NCBI GenBank assembly: GCA_036774405.1
Contig: DAIPBO010000009.1
Location: forward strand, 8,083 to 72,082
Source: Chloroflexota bacterium
GTDB lineage: Bacteria > Chloroflexota > Anaerolineae > UBA1429
Direction: 5' to 3'
Length of the DNA stretch: 64,000 bases
The position numbers and the translations under genes are program-made. How positions within the stretch are numbered: position 1 is the first letter of the stretch; each line of letters opens with the position of its first letter. Below the pieces are notes generated by a model. It ran no database searches and had not been told where the DNA came from. It was given only the letters and a program-made list of their open reading frames with translations. Below are positions 19,732 to 28,607 of this stretch, in pieces.

Positions 19732-20949
19732 ATGATCTTGCAGGGCGCCGATATAGTGTTGGGCGTGACGGGTGGCATCGCCGCCTACAAGGCGGTTGAC
19801 CTGTGCAGCAAGCTGGTGCAAGCCGGTGCAGGCGTTGACGTCGTCATGACAGACGCTGCCACGCACTTTGTGACGCCGCTGCCCTTTCAGACCATCTCAA
19901 AGCGGCCAGTCTCGGTAGACCAGTTTCGGCTACTACGAGACATGGATATGGCCCACATCGAGCTCTCGAAGAAGGCCGATGTGCTGGTGATTGCGCCGGC
20001 GACGGCCAACACCATTGCCAAACTCGCTAACGGGGTGGCCGACAATCTGCTATCCAGCACGGCTCTGGCCTGCACAGCGCCGTTGGTGCTGGCGCCTGCG
20101 ATGGACGCTGATATGTGGGCTCACCCTGCTGTCCAACGAAATGTAGCAGTGCTGGTCGAACGAGGCGCCTGGGTGGTGGGGCCCGGCGAGGGACGGCTGG
20201 CATCGGGCCGCATGGGCCGGGGCCGGCTCGTCGACACGAGTCAGATCCTCGGGGCCATCCGGCAGGCCTTGGGCAGCCGAGGGGCCCTGGCTGGTCGTAG
20301 CGTGGTGGTTACGGCGGGCGGCACTCAGGAGCCGCTCGATCCCGTGCGCTATCTGGGCAATCGGTCATCGGGCAAGATGGGCTATGCCCTGGCCGAGGCC
20401 GCGCGCGATGCCGGTGCGCGAGTGGTGCTTGTGTCGGCCCCCACAGCCCTAGAGACGCCCTTTGGCGTTGAGCTGCGTCCCGTTCAGACAGCGGCGGAGA
20501 TGGCTGCAACGGTGCTGTCAGCCCTCGAACAGGCTGACGTGCTACTGATGGCCGCTGCAGTGGCCGACTATCGCCCCGCCGAGGTGTCGCAGCAAAAGAT
20601 CAAAAAGGGCTCCGGCGATCTGGCCTTATCGTTGGCTCGCACCACCGATATTCTGGCTGCGGTGGCTGAACGCCGTGCCCAGCCTGACGCTCGGCCTGGC
20701 GTGGTGGTGGGGTTCGCAGCCGAGACCGAGCATGTGCTCGCCAACGCCCGCGACAAGTTGGTGCGAAAGCGCCTCGATCTGATCGTCGCTAACGATGTCT
20801 CGGCCAGCGACAGCGGCTTTGCGGTGGACACCAACCGCGCCACCCTCATCGACCAAGAGACAGAAGAGAACCTGCCGCTGATGTCCAAAGCAGACTTGGC
20901 CGCGCGGATCATCCAGCGTGTGGCCAGTCTGTTCGAGGTGCGTCGATGA
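19732..20949 (+). CDS. coaBC: Bifunctional phosphopantothenoylcysteine decarboxylase / phosphopantothenate-cysteine ligase.
   Basis: N-terminal flavoprotein domain (GVTGGIAAYKA), C-terminal CoaB domain with GNRSSGKMG. Size 405 aa. Confidence 0.85.
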   Translation: MILQGADIVLGVTGGIAAYKAVDLCSKLVQAGAGVDVVMTDAATHFVTPLPFQTISKRPVSVDQFRLLRDMDMAHIELSKKADVLVIAPATANTIAKLANGVADNLLSSTALACTAPLVLAPAMDADMWAHPAVQRNVAVLVERGAWVVGPGEGRLASGRMGRGRLVDTSQILGAIRQALGSRGALAGRSVVVTAGGTQEPLDPVRYLGNRSSGKMGYALAEAARDAGARVVLVSAPTALETPFGVELRPVQTAAEMAATVLSALEQADVLLMAAAVADYRPAEVSQQKIKKGSGDLALSLARTTDILAAVAERRAQPDARPGVVVGFAAETEHVLANARDKLVRKRLDLIVANDVSASDSGFAVDTNRATLIDQETEENLPLMSKADLAARIIQRVASLFEVRR

Positions 20950-21911
20950 CACTCTATCCGGGCTCGCTGACGGATGTGCTTGGCTTGCGTGTTGGCCACG
21001 CCCACGACGCCGCGGCGCTGACGGGCTGCACAGTGGTGTTGTGCGATTGGTCAGCCACCGTCGGGGGCGAGGTGCGCGGCAGAGCGCCCGGCACCCGCGA
21101 GACGGCATTGCTCGAGCCAGGCGGACTGGTGCAGCAGGCGCATGCTGTGCTACTCGCAGGCGGAAGTGCCTTTGGCCTTGCGGCTGCCGACGGGGTGATG
21201 CGCTATCTGGAAGAGCGAGAGATCGGCTTTGATGCGGGTGCTGCGCGTGTGCCCATCGTGCCGGCAGCCGTGCTCTTTGACCTGGCGATCGGCTCGGCTC
21301 AGGTGCGACCAGACATGGCTATGGGATACGCTGCCTGCGTCCACGCCAGCGCGCCCGCCGTTGAACAGGGCAATGTGGGCGCAGGTATGGGAGCCACCGT
21401 AGGCAAGCTGGCGGGGTTGGGGCGCGCCACCAAGGGCGGGCTTGGCATGGCGAGCCTCACGGCTGGCTCACTGACGGTTGCCGCACTGATGGCAGTCAAC
21501 GCGCTGGGCGAAGTGCGCTCGCCTGCCAATGGGCGCATCTTGGCGGGCGTGCGAGCTGACGTCTCGCCTGGCTGGCTGCCAGCGGACACACTGCTAGCGG
21601 CCTCTGCAGGAGGCGCGGTGGGCAATACGGTCATCGGCGTAGTGGCCTGTAACGCCTGTCTCGACCAGGCCGAGGCCAATCGGCTGGCACAGGCTGGGCA
21701 AGACGGGCTTGCCAGAGTGATTCGGCCCGTGCACACGCTGTATGATGGCGATACGGTGTTTGCCCTGGCGCTGGGCGATGTGCGCCCCAACGCCGTGCTC
21801 CTTGGCGAGTTGGCCACCGAGGCCGTAGCGCGCGCCGTGGCGAATGCGGTGTGGGTCTGCGAGAGCGCTGGTGGCCTGCCCAGTGGCGCTGCTTGGAGTA
21901 GCGAAACGTAA
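20946..21911 (+). CDS. P1-family peptidase (S58, DmpA/L-aminopeptidase D-Ala-esterase/amidase-like).
   Basis: LTDVLGLRVGHAHD...TGCTVVLCD matches the conserved N-terminus of DmpA-type Ntn hydrolases. Size 321 aa. Confidence 0.55.
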   Translation: MTLYPGSLTDVLGLRVGHAHDAAALTGCTVVLCDWSATVGGEVRGRAPGTRETALLEPGGLVQQAHAVLLAGGSAFGLAAADGVMRYLEEREIGFDAGAARVPIVPAAVLFDLAIGSAQVRPDMAMGYAACVHASAPAVEQGNVGAGMGATVGKLAGLGRATKGGLGMASLTAGSLTVAALMAVNALGEVRSPANGRILAGVRADVSPGWLPADTLLAASAGGAVGNTVIGVVACNACLDQAEANRLAQAGQDGLARVIRPVHTLYDGDTVFALALGDVRPNAVLLGELATEAVARAVANAVWVCESAGGLPSGAAWSSET

Positions 21912-21930
21912 AGAAGCGCGACGATAGGGT

Positions 21931-21959
21931 TGACCTTGGCGGCGGGCTTGGGTATAATG
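21931..21959 (+). promoter_or_regulatory. Consensus sigma-70 promoter (TTGACC-N17-TATAAT) driving sigA through a roughly 290-nt leader.
   Basis: TTGACC at 21931-21936, 17-nt spacer, TATAAT at 21954-21959. Confidence 0.6.
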
Positions 21960-22248
21960 TGAAGGTGAACACATGCAGTCAGTGTAGGTCGCGCCAAACG
22001 TTGATGTTGCAAAGCCTCGTTGTCTGGCCCCGCTGAGGGTGCTGGTGGCGAGCGCTTTTTTATGCGCAGCGTGCCCGTCTTTTTGACGAGAGGAGGTGTA
22101 CTCGATTCATCGTGAGGCCCGGCCGGCCCGGGGTCGCCGGCCGTGGCGCCATCTTTGCCAGCAGTCATCCAAGACATCGATCTGCGCTTTTGGCCTCATT
22201 AACAGAATCCAATAGGGACGGCACTGAGTTAGGCAAAGGAGCAGAGAC

Positions 22249-23235
22249 TTGACTCGCACGGATGCTTACGACGATGGAGCTCTGGAACGACCGCGCCGCC
22301 GCATAGAAGCTGACCTGGACAGCATCTCTCCCGACGATACAGTCAGCCTGTACCTCAAGCAGATGGGCCAAGTGCCGCTGCTCACCGCAGAAGAAGAGGT
22401 CATGTTGGCTCAGCGTATCGAGCGGGGTGTTCAGGCTGTCGAGCGGTTGCGCTGCGAGCAAGACCTTGATCAGGACAGCATCGAGGACCTCAAGGATGTG
22501 GTTTACCGTGGTGAGTTGGCCCGCAACCGTCTAATCGAGGCCAACACGCGTCTGGTCGTTAGTGTGGCCAAAAAGTACATTGGCCAGGGGGTGCCCCTGC
22601 TAGACCTTGTGCAGGAAGGCAATATCGGGCTGATGAAGGCCGTCGAAAAGTTCGACTATCACCGTGGCTTCAAGTTCAGCACCTACGCCACATGGTGGAT
22701 TCGCCAGGGCATCACCCGTGCCCTAGCACAACAGAGCCGGCTGATTCGCTTGCCTGTTCACGCTGGTGATCAGATCAGGCGTATCTATCGTGTGGTGGAG
22801 CAGTTCGAGCAAGATGAGGGGCGTCGCCCGACGCCCGAGGAGATCGCCGAGCAGACGGGCATCCCTGAATCCAAAGTTGATCGCCTCATGCGGATCTCGC
22901 GCTATCCGGTATCGCTCGAGCGGCCGGTGGGCGATGAGGGCGATACCGAGTTCGGAGACTTTATCGAGGATGAGGACTCACCTGCGCCCAGCGACATGGC
23001 CTACCGACAGCTCTTGCGCGAGGCGCTGCAAGAGGTGATGTCGTCGCTATCGCAGCGCGAGTCTCGCATCTTGCGCATGCGCTTTGGCCTGCGAGATGGC
23101 AAGGCGCACACGCTCGAAGAGGTGGGCGAAAAGTTCGGCCTAACGCGTGAGCGCATTCGGCAGATCGAACACCAGGCTCTGGCTCGGCTTCGGCACCCCT
23201 ATCGCAGCAAGCAATTGCTCGATTATCTGCGCTGA
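22249..23235 (+). CDS. sigA: RNA polymerase sigma-70 factor, RpoD/SigA family (regions 1.2-4.2). TTG start with an AAAGGAG RBS.
   Basis: Region 2 DLVQEGNIGLMKAVEKFDYHRGFKFSTYATWWIRQGITRA and region 4 helix-turn-helix LTREREIRQIEHQALARLR... are present. Size 328 aa. Confidence 0.85.
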   Translation: MTRTDAYDDGALERPRRRIEADLDSISPDDTVSLYLKQMGQVPLLTAEEEVMLAQRIERGVQAVERLRCEQDLDQDSIEDLKDVVYRGELARNRLIEANTRLVVSVAKKYIGQGVPLLDLVQEGNIGLMKAVEKFDYHRGFKFSTYATWWIRQGITRALAQQSRLIRLPVHAGDQIRRIYRVVEQFEQDEGRRPTPEEIAEQTGIPESKVDRLMRISRYPVSLERPVGDEGDTEFGDFIEDEDSPAPSDMAYRQLLREALQEVMSSLSQRESRILRMRFGLRDGKAHTLEEVGEKFGLTRERIRQIEHQALARLRHPYRSKQLLDYLR

Positions 23236-23250
23236 CCTCAACGCGCAATC

Positions 23251-23284
23251 ATCGACGCCCCGCCCGACCCGGCGGGGCGTCGAT
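23251..23284. terminator. Bidirectional terminator hairpin between sigA and pdxA-like (convergent).
   Basis: 14-bp perfect stem ATCGACGCCCCGCC / GGCGGGGCGTCGAT with a 6-nt loop. Confidence 0.55.
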
Positions 23285-23286
23285 TG

Positions 23287-24303
23287 TCACTGGCCAGCAC
23301 TTTTACTGCGGGCCATGGTTGCGGCCAGCTCAAAGGCTTGTCGCAGGCTCGAAGGGTTGGCCACACCCTGACCAACGATGTCATAGGCGGTGCCGTGATC
23401 GACAGACGTTCTGATGATCGGCAAACCTAAGGTCACGTTGACGCCCTCGTCAAAGGCCAGCAGCTTGGTGGGGATGTGCCCTTGATCGTGGTACATGGCC
23501 ACCACAGCATCATAGCGGCCCTGGGCGTGCATTTGGTGAAAGACTGTGTCGGGCGGCTGTGGCCGCTGGGCGACATCGATGCCTGCAGCGCGTGCCGCGT
23601 CGATGGCCGGCTGAATCTCGAGTCGTTCTTCGTCGCCAAACAGGCCACCCTCTCCAGCGTGCGGATTCAGGCCGGCAACGGCAAGGCGGGGGCGAGCGAT
23701 ACCGAGTTGGTGCACCGTGCAATGCGTGAGCTCGATGACGGTTTGTATGCGGGCCACCTGCACCCGCTCGATGGCCTCGCGTAGTGAGCAGTGCGTGCTC
23801 ACGTGGGTGACGCGAAAGGCCCCCGCCACAAGCATCATCGTCACGTTGCGCACGCCGGCCCGTGCAGCCAGGATCTCGGTATGCCCCGGCTCCTGTATGC
23901 CGGCGAGGTGGAGTGCCTCTTTGTTGAGAGGCGCTGTGACGATGGCATCGATCTGCCCTGCCAGAGCGAGATCGGCAGCCATGATCAGCGCCTCGTGGGC
24001 GGCGTGGCCTGCGGCGGGCTGAACTGTGCCCATACGCTGAGCATGCTCATCGACATTCTTGAGGTCGAGCACATCGATGCACTCTGGCTCCTCAGGGGGA
24101 AGCTCAACGGCCGAAGCCAGCCGACGCACGGCACGCTGTATGCGCAGCTTTTGGAGAGAGCGCTCGATGCAGCCAGCGTCACCGATCACCAGAGCGCGTG
24201 CCTTTGGTTTGAACGCCGTATCGCCCAGGAGCTTGGCAATGATCTCGGGACCGATGCCGTTAGGGTCACCCATTGTAATGCCGAGCAATGGCTTTGTCGT
24301 CAT
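23287..24303 (-). CDS. pdxA: PdxA-family 4-hydroxythreonine-4-phosphate (4-phospho-threonate) dehydrogenase, PdxA2-type by context.
   Basis: ITMGDPNGIGPEI N-terminal motif. Conserved His/Asp metal sites. Immediately downstream of a DUF1537 kinase. Confidence 0.7.
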   Translation of the reverse strand: MTTKPLLGITMGDPNGIGPEIIAKLLGDTAFKPKARALVIGDAGCIERSLQKLRIQRAVRRLASAVELPPEEPECIDVLDLKNVDEHAQRMGTVQPAAGHAAHEALIMAADLALAGQIDAIVTAPLNKEALHLAGIQEPGHTEILAARAGVRNVTMMLVAGAFRVTHVSTHCSLREAIERVQVARIQTVIELTHCTVHQLGIARPRLAVAGLNPHAGEGGLFGDEERLEIQPAIDAARAAGIDVAQRPQPPDTVFHQMHAQGRYDAVVAMYHDQGHIPTKLLAFDEGVNVTLGLPIIRTSVDHGTAYDIVGQGVANPSSLRQAFELAATMARSKSAGQ

Positions 24304-24308
24304 GCTGC

Positions 24309-25625
24309 TCACCTCGTCGCTCCATGTCGAATCCACTCGCTGGCCGCCAGCAGGGCGCGTGGCGAACCAAAACCACCGGCCTTGGTGACCACAGCTAGGC
24401 CGGCCAGAGGGCCATCTGCTACCAGCGAGCCAGGGATGCCTGGCTCTATCGCCGCTATGATCTCCAGTGATGTGATGCCCAGCGCGCGCCCCACCTCGAG
24501 CGCCGTGTCGCCGCCCGTGAGCACCAGGCCCGCCAAACGCGGCCTGGCGGAAAGCGCAAGTTGGGCTGCTCGCCCCAGGTTGCCGGCTATGGTAGCCGAC
24601 CTTACGCCAGATACCGACGGCCCGAACGAGGTCGTCAGAGCAACATCATCACCGGCCAGTAGGGCGGCTGCCGCCATATGCCCGGCATCCTCCGCTGCCT
24701 GAGCGGAGGTCGGAGGGTCGAGCTCGCACCAGGTGATACGGGCGCTACGGAGGGTATCGAGTTGCGAGCGGGTTGCGGCATTGAGGCTTCCTGAAACCAG
24801 CAGCACAGGGCCGGCACTGCCGGTGTAGATGGGGTGGTATTCGCCCTCCAGACGCATTGCATCAGCCCAGGACGCCGCCAGGCCAGCCGAACCACAGGGC
24901 AGCATGGCACTGTCGCTCGCCGCAATGGCGTGTGCCAGCCGGTCTAGATCATCACGGTTCTGCGTCTCGACGACGGCCAGCCGAACCGCGTTCAGGGCAC
25001 GCATCAGCCACGGGCGTTCGCTGCGCACTGTGTCCACGCCGATGAGCGCCACAGGCTCGTCAATACCTCGTCGCACGATCGACACTAGGTCGGCGGTGTG
25101 TGCTGGCCACTGCGGGTCATTGGCCAGCCCCGTCTTGTGCACTGGCACGCCGTCCACCAACAGTCGCCCGTCCTCGACGGTGCGCCCGGTCTCGATGAAC
25201 GCCGGCGCGATCACGGCCACGTTGTACCCGAGCGCGTCTCGCAGGGCGACGCACTCTGGCCCTACGTGGCCTCGTAGCGTCGAGTCGAGCTTTTTGTAGA
25301 CGAGCCGCCCGGTGCACATGGTTGCAGCCTGTCTCACGCGGGTCAGCGCTACACCACGCTCTGCCGCGCGGGTTGCGGTGTTAAAGACCATCGCATCGGC
25401 GGCGGGCTGCGGCATCAGACCAAGCGAAACGCGCGTGTCCAGCCCGCAGGTGGCCAACTGCAGGCCAGCGTCGAGGGCGCCGGTCAGATCATCGGACACA
25501 ACTGCCACACGGCGCCGCGTGACGGCTCTATCGGCGACCACGCAACCTTCCTTGAGAGAAGCGTTGTTGCGACCTACAATAGCACTGCTCAGCAGGGCCT
25601 CTATCGTCAGCGACGCTGGGCACAA
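24309..25625 (-). CDS. Four-carbon acid-sugar kinase (DUF1537 family, OtnK/DtnK-like).
   Basis: N-terminal VVSDDLTGALDAG motif. Two-domain DUF1537/DUF1357 architecture of about 430 aa. Paired with a PdxA2-type gene. Confidence 0.6.
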   Translation of the reverse strand: MCPASLTIEALLSSAIVGRNNASLKEGCVVADRAVTRRRVAVVSDDLTGALDAGLQLATCGLDTRVSLGLMPQPAADAMVFNTATRAAERGVALTRVRQAATMCTGRLVYKKLDSTLRGHVGPECVALRDALGYNVAVIAPAFIETGRTVEDGRLLVDGVPVHKTGLANDPQWPAHTADLVSIVRRGIDEPVALIGVDTVRSERPWLMRALNAVRLAVVETQNRDDLDRLAHAIAASDSAMLPCGSAGLAASWADAMRLEGEYHPIYTGSAGPVLLVSGSLNAATRSQLDTLRSARITWCELDPPTSAQAAEDAGHMAAAALLAGDDVALTTSFGPSVSGVRSATIAGNLGRAAQLALSARPRLAGLVLTGGDTALEVGRALGITSLEIIAAIEPGIPGSLVADGPLAGLAVVTKAGGFGSPRALLAASEWIRHGATR

Positions 25626-25638
25626 AGGAGCGGAAGGG

Positions 25639-26025
25639 ATGCAGAAAAAGTACCGTGCACTGCGATTCGTGGTTGGGCTCTATCGCGTCTTGGCCTGGGT
25701 GGTGCTGGCTCTCGGCGTGCTGGCGTCCATCGGCATGATCATTGCCAGCATAACGGCCAGGGGCCAAGGCATGGGCTCTATGCTGGAGAACGTGCCCATG
25801 ATGCCGGTTGGCACTGGGATTGTGGGCGGCCTGGTGGCGGCGGTTGTGATGCTGCTCTACACCGCGCTGCTCTTTATCATCATGTGGGCCGGCAGCGAGT
25901 TTGTGATGCTCTTCTTGGATATTGAGCGCAATACCCGTGAGACGGCCCTCTATCTGAGGGGCGAGTTGCAGCAGACGCCGCCTCCCGAGGCCATCACCTG
26001 GCAGCAGCCAGGGCCCAACGTCTAG
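25639..26025 (+). CDS. Small hydrophobic membrane protein (3 TM), function unknown.
   Basis: ATG with an AAAGGAG RBS right after the convergent kinase gene. The ORF-track start (25312) is antisense to the kinase and was rejected. Confidence 0.35.
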   Translation: MQKKYRALRFVVGLYRVLAWVVLALGVLASIGMIIASITARGQGMGSMLENVPMMPVGTGIVGGLVAAVVMLLYTALLFIIMWAGSEFVMLFLDIERNTRETALYLRGELQQTPPPEAITWQQPGPNV

Positions 26026-26030
26026 GTTGC

Positions 26031-26624
26031 TCATTCCCAGCAGCGCGGTTTGCAGATCAGCTCTAGAACGCGCAGGTCGAACAGGTCCTGCGCGTTCGCT
26101 GCTCGTACCACCAGCGCGGCGTCAACGCCGCCACCCGTGCCGCCCAGTGAGACGATCTCTGGGCCCACGGGGATGGCGCCGCAATCTGCTGCCATGAGGG
26201 CGAGTTCGCAAGCAACTTTGACTCCTTGACACATGGTTCGTAGCGTAAAGGCGATGATCTCGTCGATCTGATAGCTGCCCAGTTTGCGGCGCACAGCTCG
26301 ACCGACGCCGCCCAGAGCATGCTGGCAGGTGATGACCTGAGCACCGGCTGCGATCAACTCTTGGCGCACATCAGCGGGCATCTCCTGCTGGTTGGGGCGC
26401 ACGAATCCGGCCGAGTGGGTCACCACCACCACCTGCTCGTCGCGGCGCAACTGCAGCGCCTTGCGGCCCGTGGCGCCAGTGGTCGAGGGCACCACGACGT
26501 GTCCGATGCCCAGTGCGCGCGCCCGCCCAAAGGCCAGCTCTAACGCGCGATCTGTGTTATCGGGACCGGCTTGAGCAAAATAGGTGCATGGCACGGTCTG
26601 TTCAGGCATCTGTCTGCTCCTCAT
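26031..26624 (-). CDS. Hypothetical protein with a pyruvate-kinase C-terminal (PK_C alpha/beta)-like domain.
   Basis: GHVVVPSTTGATGRKALQ...VVVVTHSAGF pattern resembles the PK_C fold. Size 197 aa. Assignment is weak. Confidence 0.3.
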   Translation of the reverse strand: MRSRQMPEQTVPCTYFAQAGPDNTDRALELAFGRARALGIGHVVVPSTTGATGRKALQLRRDEQVVVVTHSAGFVRPNQQEMPADVRQELIAAGAQVITCQHALGGVGRAVRRKLGSYQIDEIIAFTLRTMCQGVKVACELALMAADCGAIPVGPEIVSLGGTGGGVDAALVVRAANAQDLFDLRVLELICKPRCWE

Positions 26625-27405
26625 TCTGACGTGCGAGCGCTTCTCGCGCCCATCTAGCTCGGTTCATCTCGGTTTCGTAGCGATCGAGGGCGCGGAAGAT
26701 CGAGCGCTTGATGCGGTGTCGGCCTACCTCCAGTTCGCGCAGCATGCGCTTGATCTGGGCACGCTGCGAGTCGACACCTGCGGGGCAGGGCGATCCCTCG
26801 ATGGGGTAGCCGCTGGCCTGAGCGAAGTCCGCAAGGTCACGTTCTTCTGTCAGCAGCAGGGGGCGAATCAACTGTAGCTCTCCCTCAAAGAACGACGATC
26901 TGCCTGCCATGCCCTCGATACGTGAGGCGTACAGCAGATTGAGCAATACGGTCTCGGCGGCATCGTCGCCATGGTGCCCCAGGGCCACTTTGTTGCAGCC
27001 GAGCGAGTATGCCAGCTCAAACAGGGCCTTGCGCCGATGCCACGAGCAAACAAAACAGGCGCTCTTGTCCGTGGTATCGAGCTGAGCGGCGACTTCCATG
27101 GCGGCCATGGCTAGTGGTATGGCGCGTTCGTGGCACCATGCCTCGAGCCACGGCAACGCCACAGCTCGGCCGCAATGGGCATCACTACGCACATGCCCGG
27201 CCACCAGAGCGTAGTGGGCTCGTGACGACGTTTGACGGCGGTGTAGCAGATCGAGCAGCGAGAGGCTATCCTTACCGCCAGACACTGCCACAAGAATGCG
27301 GTCGCCATCCTCAAGCAGCCGAAAGCGCTTGTCAGCCTTGGTGATCGCCTTATTGAGATAGTGGGCGAGTTTATCGGTGCGCTCTGGCGCAGTAGGTCGC
27401 ATCAT
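26602..27405 (-). CDS. ttcA: PP-loop ATPase, tRNA 2-thiocytidine(32) synthetase TtcA-like. Start re-assigned to MMRPTAPER.
   Basis: ILVAVSGGKDS PP-loop. Cys motifs CFVCSWHRR and SPCPAG as in [4Fe-4S] TtcA. The ORF-track start would overlap the divergent Rrf2 gene. Confidence 0.55.
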   Translation of the reverse strand: MMRPTAPERTDKLAHYLNKAITKADKRFRLLEDGDRILVAVSGGKDSLSLLDLLHRRQTSSRAHYALVAGHVRSDAHCGRAVALPWLEAWCHERAIPLAMAAMEVAAQLDTTDKSACFVCSWHRRKALFELAYSLGCNKVALGHHGDDAAETVLLNLLYASRIEGMAGRSSFFEGELQLIRPLLLTEERDLADFAQASGYPIEGSPCPAGVDSQRAQIKRMLRELEVGRHRIKRSIFRALDRYETEMNRARWAREALARQNEEQTDA

Positions 27406-27452
27406 GGTAGAGGGGATGATACTAGCTCCTTGAGGCGCCGACAACTGGCCGA

Positions 27453-27480
27453 TTGACAGACACTCTGGTTGTGTTATAAT
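27453..27480 (+). promoter_or_regulatory. Near-consensus sigma-70 promoter (TTGACA-N16-TATAAT) for the Rrf2 regulator gene.
   Basis: TTGACA at 27453-27458 and TATAAT at 27475-27480, about 48 nt upstream of the start at 27528. Confidence 0.5.
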
Positions 27481-27527
27481 CGCAGTAAGTTGATGTAGAA
27501 TATGTACTAGAGGGCGGGCAGGGCGCG

Positions 27528-27974
27528 ATGAAGATATCGACAAAGGGCGAGTACGGCATCAGGGCGATGCTAGAGTTGACGGCACGCTACGGCCAGGGCT
27601 ATGTGCAGAGCACCGAGATCGCCGAGGCGCGCAACATCCCTGCCAACTACCTCTATCAGCTCCTGATCACCCTGCGCAAGGCAGGCGTGATTCGCAGTCG
27701 TCGAGGGCCGCAGGGTGGGCATATGCTGGCACGTCCGCCCGTCGACATCAGCCTGTCTGAGGTGGTGATCGCCCTCGAAGGGCCGCTGGCGCCCACTGGC
27801 TGCGTGCAACCTGATGTGGTGGACGATTGCCCCTTTGGCGAGCGCTGCGCTGTTCGCCACGTGTGGCAACGTGTTACCGATGCCACACGACGCATCCTCG
27901 ATGAAACTTCATTCGCTGACCTTGCCGCCGAAGAAGTCCATCTGGCTCAGAGCCAGCGGGCGCGCACTTCATAG
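27528..27974 (+). CDS. Rrf2-family transcriptional regulator (IscR/NsrR-like, three-Cys putative Fe-S ligand set).
   Basis: N-terminal wHTH MKISTKGEYGIRAMLELT. Cys cluster CVQPDVVDDCPFGERCA. Confidence 0.8.
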   Translation: MKISTKGEYGIRAMLELTARYGQGYVQSTEIAEARNIPANYLYQLLITLRKAGVIRSRRGPQGGHMLARPPVDISLSEVVIALEGPLAPTGCVQPDVVDDCPFGERCAVRHVWQRVTDATRRILDETSFADLAAEEVHLAQSQRARTS

Positions 27975-28607
27975 GTCGCCCTTGACCTCCCGCTCAAGTC
28001 GCTCAAAGTAGGCGCACATGAAGACGTGACGCTCCTCTGCCAACTGCCTGGCCGTGGGGGTCACCACGAGTTCGCGCAGGCGCTGCAACTTGAAGCGGAA
28101 CTCGTGCAGCGGCGTGTGAGTGTCGTTGGTCAAATCGTCGGCGCCGTCAACGGGCAGTCGCTCGGAGAGATTGTTCGCGACCTCGGCCCATAGTTGCTGA
28201 TGCATGGCCCCTGCGACGGCATAGGCGCGGGCCACACCCACAGCGCCGATGGCATCAAGCTTGTCGGCGTCAAACAGCACTTGCGACTCGAGTGTGGTTG
28301 GTCGTCGATCGCTGCGAAAGCGGTGTTCGCGTATCGCGCGGCAGACCGCCTCGCGGTGCATCGGCGTTGCGGTGCTCAGCAGGCTGTGCGCCAAGTCGGC
28401 GCTGATCGCCGCGTGGTCTTGGCCCGTGGCCAACTGCTGGGCTCGGCCAGCATCGTGCAGCAGGGCAGCGTCGTTGACCACTTGGAGATCTGCTCCCTCC
28501 TCTCGCGCGATGCGCATCGCAAGCCGCCAGACGCGTAACACATGCTCAAAGCCGTGGGCGCTGTCGTGGTCGGCATAGTGCGCTCGGGCTTGATCCAGCG
28601 AGATCAT
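27969..28607 (-). CDS. HD-domain phosphohydrolase.
   Basis: H...HD...D motifs (FEHVLRV, LLHDAGR, FDADKLD). Start set to MISLDQ, which forms an ATGA overlap with the upstream gene stop. Confidence 0.5.
   Translation of the reverse strand: MISLDQARAHYADHDSAHGFEHVLRVWRLAMRIAREEGADLQVVNDAALLHDAGRAQQLATGQDHAAISADLAHSLLSTATPMHREAVCRAIREHRFRSDRRPTTLESQVLFDADKLDAIGAVGVARAYAVAGAMHQQLWAEVANNLSERLPVDGADDLTNDTHTPLHEFRFKLQRLRELVVTPTARQLAEERHVFMCAYFERLEREVKGDL

Noticed and set aside
21299-22177. 292-aa minus-strand ORF.
   Set aside because: Antisense to the S58 peptidase gene and to the sigA promoter and leader. It has low-complexity Ala/Pro/Ser composition and no support.
25312-25638. N-terminal 109 codons of the ORF-track call 25312..26025.
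   Set aside because: This part overlaps the convergent DUF1537 kinase gene. A proper ATG with an AAAGGAG RBS at 25639 gives a small membrane protein instead.
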